Part shown: positions 9,086 through 15,787 of the stretch, in pieces
How positions within the stretch are numbered: position 1 is the stretch's first letter
How the letters are laid out: each line of letters starts with the position of its first letter
Assembly (NCBI GenBank): GCA_026004015.1
Contig: BPIH01000001.1
Coordinates: 16,398 to 80,397 of the forward strand
DNA length: 64,000 nucleotides
DNA from: Chloroflexota bacterium
Lineage (GTDB): Bacteria; Chloroflexota; Limnocylindria; Limnocylindrales; CSP1-4
Reading direction: 5' to 3'
Notes under the pieces: generated by a model
Told to the model about the DNA's origin: nothing
What the model saw: the letters and a program-made list of their open reading frames with translations, nothing else
Databases searched by the model: none
Translations under genes and position numbers: made by a program

Positions 9086-9475
9086 GTGAGCACCGTCCGC
9101 ATTCCCCCTGTCCTCCGCCCGGCGACGGGCGGCGCGAAGCAGGTCGAGGTCGCCGGGGCAACCGTCGGCGAGGCCCTCGATGCCCTCGTCGCGGCCTACC
9201 CGGCCCTCCGAGCCCAGCTCTTCGGGCCCGACGGGCAGCTGAACCGCTTCGTCAACGTCTACGTCAACGACACCGACGTTCGGCATCTCGAGGACACGGC
9301 GACCCCGATCGGCGAGCGGGACACCATCGTCATCCTGCCGGCCATGGCCGGCGGCGAGCTGAGCCGGTCCCCGAGACGGAGCGAGCCGAAGACGGGGCCA
9401 CGCGAGGACGACGGCCCCCGCCACCCCGCGCTCAGAGAGCGGCGCGGAGGATGCCGGCGATCTCGGCGTCGGTGA
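9086..9475 (+). CDS. MoaD/ThiS-family sulfur-carrier protein (MetO-like) with an unexpected post-GG extension
   Basis: GTG start with GGAG RBS. Ubiquitin-like beta-grasp pattern ending ...DTIVILPAMAGG at codons 89-90 (nt 9350-9355). The frame then stays open for 39 Arg/Pro-rich codons into the convergent ADH gene. Confidence 0.7.
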   Translation: MSTVRIPPVLRPATGGAKQVEVAGATVGEALDALVAAYPALRAQLFGPDGQLNRFVNVYVNDTDVRHLEDTATPIGERDTIVILPAMAGGELSRSPRRSEPKTGPREDDGPRHPALRERRGGCRRSRRR

Positions 9476-10703
9476 GGACGATCGGGTTCGTTCGCATGCT
9501 CGAGCCTCGGGACCGCTCGACGACCCAGTCGATGTCCGCCTCCCGGAGGCCGACGTCCCGGAGGCGGGGGAGGCCGAGGCGCCTCGCCCAGTCGGCGAGG
9601 AGGTCCGGCAGGGCGGCCAGGGCGGCGGAGTCGTCGAGGCTGGGTTCGTCGAGGAGGAGCCGGGCGATCCGGGCGTAGCGAGCCGAGGGCCGGTGCTGCG
9701 GCGCTCGCTCGGCGAGGGCTCGGAGGTTCGTCCGCGTCGTCTCGGCGAGGAGGATGCCGCAGCCGGTCCCGTGGCCGACGCCGGTCAGGGCCCCGAGGGG
9801 CGCGACGATCCCGTGGACGGCCCCGAGGCCCGCCTGGGCGAGGCAGATCCCCGAGGCGAGGGCGGCGAAGGCCATCCGCTCCCGGAAGGGCGCCGTCTCA
9901 GCGGGCCCCGGGTCACCGGCCGCGACCGCGGCGTGCCAGCGCAGGAGGCCATCCCGGGTCGCTTCGAGGCCGGCCAGGGCGAGGCCGTCGGTGAAGGCGC
10001 CGGCGCCCGTCGAGACGTAGGCCTCGATGAGCTGGGTGCAGGCGTCCATGCCGTTGCCGGCGATCGTCTCCGGGGCGAGGCCGAGGAGGAGGTCGGGATC
10101 GACGACGGCGAGCTGGGCGACGAGGCGCTCGTCCCGGAAGGAGCGCTTGAAGCCGTCGGGGCCGGGTCGGGTGATGACGGCGTTCCGGGTCGCTTCGGAG
10201 CCCGTGCCGGCGGTCGTCGGGACGGCAACGAAGGGGACGGCCGGGCCGCCGTAGGGGATGCCGCGGCCGACGCCCTCGAGGTGGTCGAGGATCGACGTCC
10301 GGGTCCGGAGGAGGCCGGCGATCGCCTTGGCGGCATCGAGGGCGCTGCCGCCGCCGATCCCGACGACGACCTCGATGCCGGCGCTCCGGAAGCGGCTGAC
10401 GGTTCCGTCGACGAGGTCCGGGGTCGGCTCGCCCTCGACGACGACCCGCTCGACCTCGGCGCCGAGCTCGGCGAGGCGATCGAGGAGGCGCCCGAGGCGC
10501 CCGCTCGCCTCGAGGGAGCGCCGCCCGGTGACGAGGAGGACGCGCCGCCCGATCTCGACGATCCGCTCGGGCAGGGTCTCGACGCGTCCCCGGCCGAACT
10601 CGATGGTCGGCAGGCGGCCGACGCGGAAGGAGCCGGCGTCCCAGGGGGAGACGGGCAGGTCGGGGCCGGTCGCGGTCGCGATGCCCGTCGGCGGACGGTT
10701 CAC
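9432..10703 (-). CDS. Iron-containing (group III) alcohol dehydrogenase
   Basis: GTG 10703 overlaps the upstream stop (GTGA). Motifs GIGGGSALDAAKA, VAVPTTAGTGSE and GLGAVHGI... are present. The 553-aa listed ORF is an N-terminal over-extension. Confidence 0.85.
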   Translation of the reverse strand: MNRPPTGIATATGPDLPVSPWDAGSFRVGRLPTIEFGRGRVETLPERIVEIGRRVLLVTGRRSLEASGRLGRLLDRLAELGAEVERVVVEGEPTPDLVDGTVSRFRSAGIEVVVGIGGGSALDAAKAIAGLLRTRTSILDHLEGVGRGIPYGGPAVPFVAVPTTAGTGSEATRNAVITRPGPDGFKRSFRDERLVAQLAVVDPDLLLGLAPETIAGNGMDACTQLIEAYVSTGAGAFTDGLALAGLEATRDGLLRWHAAVAAGDPGPAETAPFRERMAFAALASGICLAQAGLGAVHGIVAPLGALTGVGHGTGCGILLAETTRTNLRALAERAPQHRPSARYARIARLLLDEPSLDDSAALAALPDLLADWARRLGLPRLRDVGLREADIDWVVERSRGSSMRTNPIVLTDAEIAGILRAAL

Positions 10704-11005
10704 CGGCCGGGCACCTCCGGGAAGAGACCGACGTAGCGGTCGCCCCGCCGAGGCTCGGCCATCCAGGGCTCGACCGTCGAGCGCCATTCGAGGTAGTGCT
10801 CGGTCGTCTTGTGGGCCGCGGCAGCCTCCTCGTCGAGGTACGCCTCGTAGAGGACGAAGCGGGTCGGGTCGTCGGCCGACTGGAGGACGTCGAAGCGGAC
10901 GTTGCCGGGCTCGCGGACGGAGGCCTCGTGGTTCGCCCGGGTGGCGGCGATGAACTCGGCGACGTGCTCGGGCTTCACGTGAACGTGGACGAGGGTGACG
11001 TGCAT
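10700..11005 (-). CDS. ABM-domain (antibiotic biosynthesis monooxygenase-like) protein
   Basis: MHVTLVHVHVKPEHVAEFIAATRANHEASVREPGNVRFDVLQS..DPTRFVLYEAY, a ferredoxin-like ABM pattern. RBS GAAGGA. 101 aa. Confidence 0.75.
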   Translation of the reverse strand: MHVTLVHVHVKPEHVAEFIAATRANHEASVREPGNVRFDVLQSADDPTRFVLYEAYLDEEAAAAHKTTEHYLEWRSTVEPWMAEPRRGDRYVGLFPEVPGR

Positions 11006-11210
11006 GGTTCGATCCTTCGGCGTGGTGTGCGGCGGTCGGTTCGACCCGCTTGGGCCCGGGTCGTGTCGCCGGCCGCGTCCGATTCTCGGGCATTCGCCGT
11101 CGGCCGTGGTTCGGGCGGCGAGCACCCCGTCGCCGCGGGAGGCTCGCCCACGGTGGCGCGCGGCCGTCCGAGCCGGCCGGGCCGGTCGGGCTGGCCGGGC
11201 CGAAGGCTCG

Positions 11211-12035
11211 TCAGACGGTCCGGTCGGAGTGCGGCTGCGGCGGTCCGACGAGGGGGAAGATGAGGACGTAGCGCTCGCCGGGGGTCGTCAGCCAGCGGCG
11301 CGATATCGGGACGAAGGCGCGGCCGAGGGCGGTCGGGGAGAGCATCGTTCCTGGAGCGGGGGAGCGACCCCACGGCGAGCTCGTCCTCGGGTACCAGGGG
11401 TCGGCGACCTGGACCGCGGTGACGACGGCGTTGGGATCGGCGAGGGGATCGGCGGTGGCACGGAAGCCGGTCATGACCCAGGCGTGGCGACCGCGCCAGA
11501 CGAGGAGCCCGACCGGACGGTTCGTCGTCCGCATCGCCCGGGCGGCGGCGAGGAGGGCCGCGTCGAGGGTCGCTTCGCTCCGGAGGATGTACGTGCCGAC
11601 CTCGAGCTCGGTCAGGGCCCGGGCCCAGCCCCGGGTGGACGCCCCACGCGGCTCCCAGTTGATGCGACGGACCGGGTCGCCGGGCAGCCAGCTCAGTCGA
11701 CGGGCGAGGTCCTGGATCCGGCGCTGGGTCGCCGCCGACCGATCGTCGAGGAGGCCGACGATGTTGGCCATCGTCTGAATGCTCGCCCCGATGCACTGGA
11801 CGTCGTTGGTCTGGGAGACGAAATCGCCCGGGCCGAGGAGGCGGATCTCGTAGGGGCGCGCGGCCGCGTCGGGAGCCAGGGTCGAGCCGTCGCTCGGGGC
11901 GCCCGCCCGAACCGACGCGGGCCCACCGGGCGGCGCCAGGAGGGCGCCTGCCAGGCCGACCAGGGCGGCCAAGGCCGCCACCGCGAGATGCCTCGGGACG
12001 CGATGCGATGGCGTCCGCCGTCGCTCGGGCTCCAT
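11211..12035 (-). CDS. Secreted hypothetical protein, possibly papain-like (peptidase C39-like fold)
   Basis: ATG 12035 gives a signal/TM segment (HLAVAALAALVGLAGALLA). Possible Cys/His pair in QTNDVQCIGASIQTMANI and GRHAWVMTGF. The assignment is tentative. Confidence 0.5.
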   Translation of the reverse strand: MEPERRRTPSHRVPRHLAVAALAALVGLAGALLAPPGGPASVRAGAPSDGSTLAPDAAARPYEIRLLGPGDFVSQTNDVQCIGASIQTMANIVGLLDDRSAATQRRIQDLARRLSWLPGDPVRRINWEPRGASTRGWARALTELEVGTYILRSEATLDAALLAAARAMRTTNRPVGLLVWRGRHAWVMTGFRATADPLADPNAVVTAVQVADPWYPRTSSPWGRSPAPGTMLSPTALGRAFVPISRRWLTTPGERYVLIFPLVGPPQPHSDRTV

Positions 12036-12159
12036 CGGCGAGGATGATGGCACGATCGACCCAGACGTGCCAGGATCCGGCCCGCCGCCACTCGGTCGGA
12101 TCGCTCGCCCGACGCGGATGGAGTCGCTCGTCGGGGGGCCGATCGGCGACAATCGGGCC

Positions 12160-13209
12160 ATGCACCTTCGAGACGAAATCCGAGAGCAGCCAGCCGTCGT
12201 CGCCCGTCTCCTCGCCCGGGGCCCCGAGCTCGTCGACCCCGTCGCCGAACGGGTCCGGCGAGCCGGGATCGAGCACGTCGTCATCGCCGCCCGGGGGACC
12301 TCCGACCACGCCGCCATCTACGCCCAGTATCTGTGGGGCGTTCGGAACCGGCTCACCGTCGCCCTCGCCGCCCCGTCGATCGTCACCCTCTACGGGGTCG
12401 CGCCGCGCTTCGGGCGGAGCCTCGTCGTCGGCATCAGCCAGTCCGGTGCGTCGCCGGACGTCATCGCCGTCGTCGCGGCGGCCCGGGCCCAGGGGGCGCC
12501 GACCCTCGCCATCACGAACACGCCGGGATCGCCCCTCGCCGAGACGGCCGAGCACGTCATCGACCTGGGTGCGGGGGTCGAGCGGGCGATCGCCGCCACG
12601 AAGACGTACACCGCCGAGCTCGCCGTCGTCGCCCTCCTCTCCACCGCGCTCCTCGCCGATCCGAAGGCCCGCCGGGCGGCCGAAGGGGATCTCGCCCGTG
12701 TCCCGGACGCCCTCGAGCGTGCCCTCGGTGCCGCCCCGGCGGCCGAAGCCGTCGCCGCCGAGATGGCCGAGGCGAACCGGGCCATCGTCCTCGGCCGGGG
12801 CCTCGAGTACGCGACGGCCAGGGAGTGGGCGCTGAAGATCAAGGAGCTGGCGAACCTCTTCGCCGACCCGTACTCGGCAGCCGACTTCCAGCACGGCCCC
12901 GTGGCGCTCATCGAGCCGGGGGTGCCGGTCCTCGCCGTCGCCCCGTCGGGGACGATCGCGGCCGGGATGGCCGAACTCCTCGGTCGGCTGCGGGACGAGC
13001 ACGGGGCCGAGATCGCCGTCCTCTCCGACGACCCGACGATCCGGGCGGTCGGCCGCTGGGCGATCCCGATCCCCGACGGCGTCGCCGAGTGGGTCCGGCC
13101 GATCGTCTCGATCGTCCCGGCCCAGCTCCACGCCCTTGCCCTCACCCTCGCCCGGGGCCTCGATCCGGAGCGCCCGAGGGGTCTCCGGAAGGTGACCCGG
13201 ACGGTGTAG
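12160..13209 (+). CDS. SIS-domain sugar-phosphate isomerase/deaminase (GlmS C-terminal/AgaS-like)
   Basis: Two SIS repeats: VVIAARGTSDHAA...VVGISQSGASPDV...TNTPGSPLA, then a second domain with ...EWALKIKELAN.... Confidence 0.8.
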   Translation: MHLRDEIREQPAVVARLLARGPELVDPVAERVRRAGIEHVVIAARGTSDHAAIYAQYLWGVRNRLTVALAAPSIVTLYGVAPRFGRSLVVGISQSGASPDVIAVVAAARAQGAPTLAITNTPGSPLAETAEHVIDLGAGVERAIAATKTYTAELAVVALLSTALLADPKARRAAEGDLARVPDALERALGAAPAAEAVAAEMAEANRAIVLGRGLEYATAREWALKIKELANLFADPYSAADFQHGPVALIEPGVPVLAVAPSGTIAAGMAELLGRLRDEHGAEIAVLSDDPTIRAVGRWAIPIPDGVAEWVRPIVSIVPAQLHALALTLARGLDPERPRGLRKVTRTV

Positions 13210-13214
13210 GGGGC

Positions 13215-13483
13215 GGCTGCAGTCGCTCGACGCGCCGACGCCGGAGCTCGATCTCGCCGGCGAGGGAGAGGAGGCGGCGTGGCGCCCGGCCATTCGCCTT
13301 CATCCGCCCACCGCAGGCGGGGCAGGCGGCCGGAGCCACGAGATCGGCCTCGAGGCGTCTCAGGAGCTCTCGCCAGAGCGTGCGGCCGACCTCGGCGAGG
13401 GCGACGGCCATCGTCCGCTCGAGCGAGCCGACGTCGGCATGCTCGGTCGTCAGGTGGACCTCGAGCGGCACCGTCCACGCCAT
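13215..13483 (-). pseudogene. N-terminal fragment of a transposase (zinc-ribbon, ISKra4/UPF0236-like by pattern)
   Basis: MAWTVPLEVHLTTEHADVGSLERTMAVALAEVGRTLWRELLRRLE...CPACGGRMKANGRAPRRLLSLAGEIELRRRR, then loss of sense. Only about 85 codons remain and no catalytic domain follows. It abuts the SIS gene stop. Confidence 0.4.
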
Positions 13484-13596
13484 CGTGAGCCCCTCCGGCT
13501 GCGGGTTGTTGCGGCTACCCGAGCGTGCCGGATGGGGCTCCCGTTTGCCGGCCGCCCAGCACAGACCCTGGGATGCTTAGTCGGCGCTCTGGGGCC

Positions 13597-13625
13597 TTGA
13601 CAAGAGAGAGAGAGAGAGAGATAAT
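13597..13625 (+). promoter_or_regulatory. Promoter-like element with (AG)9 microsatellite spacer (GA-promoter 1)
   Basis: GGGGCC-TTGACA (13597-13602), (AG)9 (13603-13620), and GATAAT ending at 13625, which gives a 17-nt spacer. The same architecture occurs at 32244 and 37086. Confidence 0.45.
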
Positions 13626-13835
13626 TGCGTCTCAGCGCCGGTTATAAGCTGCGTTGTCAACGGGGGTGGCCGGATGGGACGCGTCGTCGCCTCGACGGCT
13701 CGCGCGGCAAGGCGGCCGGGTCGTCAGTGATGCTGGCTGATCATATTGCCCGCTGTCACTCTCAGCTCATCAAGGTACTCCAACCTGAGGACAAGGACGA
13801 CATCAACAACTTGTACTGACACCGGAGGTCTGGCC

Positions 13836-14501
13836 ATGGGTCGACGACACTGGCTGGCCGTGATCGCCGCGGTGGTGATCGTCGCGGCGGTGAGCAGCGC
13901 CGCCGGCGGCACGAGCGGTGATCCGGCAGAACGTGAAGCCTCTGGAGGCAGCCGCTCGCGGGCGCCCTCGGTCGCTCCATCGGGCGCACCACAGGGTGAC
14001 CCGTCGACGAACCCTGCGATCTGTGAGGGAACCGCCGTCTTCGTCGATCGGGCGCTCGTACCGACGACTCGCGAGCTCGTCGAGGCCGCGGAGGCGGTCG
14101 TCGTCGGCGAACTGAGGACGAATGGCAGCGTCCGCAGCCGGTCCAGCGATGGCCGGTTCACCCACATGGCCTACGAGTTCCGGGTGACGGAGGTCGTGCG
14201 CGGCCCGCTCTCGGAGGGCGCCGTCGTCCAGCTGGCTGGCATCACCCTCGACGCCACGGGTTGCATCGTTCGCGAAGCGGATGCCGAGCCGATGGTGCCG
14301 GGCGGGCGGTACCTCGCCTTCATCGCCCCGAGTCCTCGAGGCGACGGGGTCTACGTCGCCGTCGGTGGCCCTCAAGGTCTCTTCAGCGTCGCAGCGGATG
14401 GCACGCTGGCGCCCCTCGCTCCAGGAGCACCGACGTCGGGCGATTTCGCCGGTCGTTCGGTGAGCGAGATCGGGGGGCGTCTCTCGGTCGAAGGCTCGTA
14501 G
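13836..14501 (+). CDS. Secreted/membrane-anchored hypothetical protein
   Basis: GGAGG RBS 7 nt before ATG 13836. Signal-anchor MGRRHWLAVIAAVVIVAAVSSAAGG. No recognisable domain. The listed ORF start at 13746 is an AT-rich upstream extension. Confidence 0.6.
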   Translation: MGRRHWLAVIAAVVIVAAVSSAAGGTSGDPAEREASGGSRSRAPSVAPSGAPQGDPSTNPAICEGTAVFVDRALVPTTRELVEAAEAVVVGELRTNGSVRSRSSDGRFTHMAYEFRVTEVVRGPLSEGAVVQLAGITLDATGCIVREADAEPMVPGGRYLAFIAPSPRGDGVYVAVGGPQGLFSVAADGTLAPLAPGAPTSGDFAGRSVSEIGGRLSVEGS

Positions 14502-14711
14502 CCGCTCGCCCGGCCTCGCCGGCCCGGCCACCCGCGCATCCCCGGGCGCCTCAGCCGGAGGCGTCGTTGGGTCGCGGCGGTGGCTGTGGTCGCCGGTGGG
14601 CTCGACGGCAACCCGCCGTCCCTCGATCGGGTCCAGGCCCCTGTTCTTGGGCCTGGCCCCGGAGGCCGCAGCGCCACCGCGTTCGGGGCCCGCTCTTCCG
14701 CGGCGCGTTTT

Positions 14712-14955
14712 CCGCTGTACTCGCCCCACGAGTGAGTCGCCGAACGACGGGGTCAAGAATTCTCGGATACTCGCCCGGCGAGTGAGCTGGGGAACCCTTC
14801 TCCCGATCTACTCACCGGGCGAGTAGCGTGGAAGATCCGGGGGCCCGCCGCGCCGGTCGGCCAGCTCGGTCGAGCTCGGGGAAGCGGCACGGAGGGTGGA
14901 ACATCGCCGCCCGGTTCGGCGGTTCACTCCTCCGGTGAGTAAACGAGAAGAACCG
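14712..14955 (+). repeat. Multi-hairpin repeat element, copy B
   Basis: Units TACTCGCCCCACGAGTG (14718), GATACTCGCCCGGCGAGTG, CTACTCACCGGGCGAGTA and TCACTCCTCCGGTGAGTAAACGAGAAGAACC (to about 14955). Alignable by eye with copy D over nearly its full length. Confidence 0.8.
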
Positions 14956-15787
14956 CCGCACCGATGGGCGGCCCCGCGCCGAGAGCCGCCTCCACCGCTC
15001 GTGGCGATGACGACCGGGGGCGGCAACGCTCCGCGTGGCGTCGTCCCGTCAACCCCCCACGCTGACCGATGGCCGCCACGACCGCTGCCGCCCGGCGACC
15101 GACCTCGGCCGGGTCGCCGGCCCCGGTGAGCCACGATCCGAGCCCGACGGCGACGGCCCCCGCCCGCAGGAACTCGGCCGCGTTCTCCACCGTCACCCCG
15201 CCCGTCGGGACGATCGGGATCTCCGGGAAGGGACCCCGGAAGTCGCGGATGAAGGTCGGCCCCGCGACGGAGGCCGGGAAGAGCTTCACCGCCGCTGCGC
15301 CGGCCCGCCAGGCGGTGAGGATCTCGGTCGGGGTGAAGGCGCCGGGGAGGATCGGCACGCCTCGCTCGGCCGCCCACCGGACGAGGGCGACGTCGAGGTG
15401 GGGGGTGACGAGGAAGCGGGCCCCGGCTTCGAGGGCCGCCTCGGCCTCCTCGATGGTGAGGACCGTCCCCGCCCCGACGAGGAGCCGGTCGCCGAGGCCG
15501 CCCGAGGCGAGGAGGCGGATCGACTCGACCGCTCCCGGGCTGTTCAGCGTCACCTCGAAGGCCCGTATCCCCTTCGCGGCGAGGGCTTCGGCGATGGCCG
15601 GCAGCGTACCCGGGTCGAGCCGCCGGGCGATGGCGATGACCCGGCCCTCGACGATGGCCGGCGGAAGCGCGGGCCGGAGGAGGGCCTGGCCGCCGGGCTG
15701 GAGGATGGACTGGTCGCCGGACTGACCGGCGAGCTGACTCGCCTGACCGCCGAGCTGACCGGCGGCTGTGGCATCGAGCTCAGGCAT
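14924..15787 (-). CDS. eda: KDPG/KHG aldolase (Eda family)
   Basis: ATG 15787 lies in an ATGCCTGA overlap with the upstream stop. Motifs: GIRAFEVTLNSPGA, VGAGTVLT, FLVTP, LPGAFTPTE, VKLFPA, VPTGGV. A Gly/Gln low-complexity N-terminus is present. The last ~45 codons read into repeat B (...VYSPEE*), so the native stop is uncertain. Confidence 0.8.
   Translation of the reverse strand: MPELDATAAGQLGGQASQLAGQSGDQSILQPGGQALLRPALPPAIVEGRVIAIARRLDPGTLPAIAEALAAKGIRAFEVTLNSPGAVESIRLLASGGLGDRLLVGAGTVLTIEEAEAALEAGARFLVTPHLDVALVRWAAERGVPILPGAFTPTEILTAWRAGAAAVKLFPASVAGPTFIRDFRGPFPEIPIVPTGGVTVENAAEFLRAGAVAVGLGSWLTGAGDPAEVGRRAAAVVAAIGQRGGLTGRRHAERCRPRSSSPRAVEAALGAGPPIGAAVLLVYSPEE

Noticed and set aside
11003-11020. 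GGTTCGATCC, a tRNA T-arm-like string
   Set aside because: It lies at the start codon and RBS of the ABM gene. No acceptor or anticodon arms can be drawn around it. I recognised no tRNA anywhere in the window.
10975-13293. 772-aa minus-strand ORF and similar long ORFs (e.g. 47398-49176, 49086-51461 N-terminal part, 55685-57835, 58292-59428)
   Set aside because: They have low-complexity Arg/Gly/Pro/Asp composition and lie antisense or off-frame to genes with clear motifs. No start or RBS support.
13625-13819. 64-aa plus-strand ORF in the AT-rich leader
   Set aside because: It has a TTG start directly at the putative -10 and no RBS, so it is probably non-coding leader. Only the terminal 29-codon ATG mini-ORF is kept as a speculative note in the findings.
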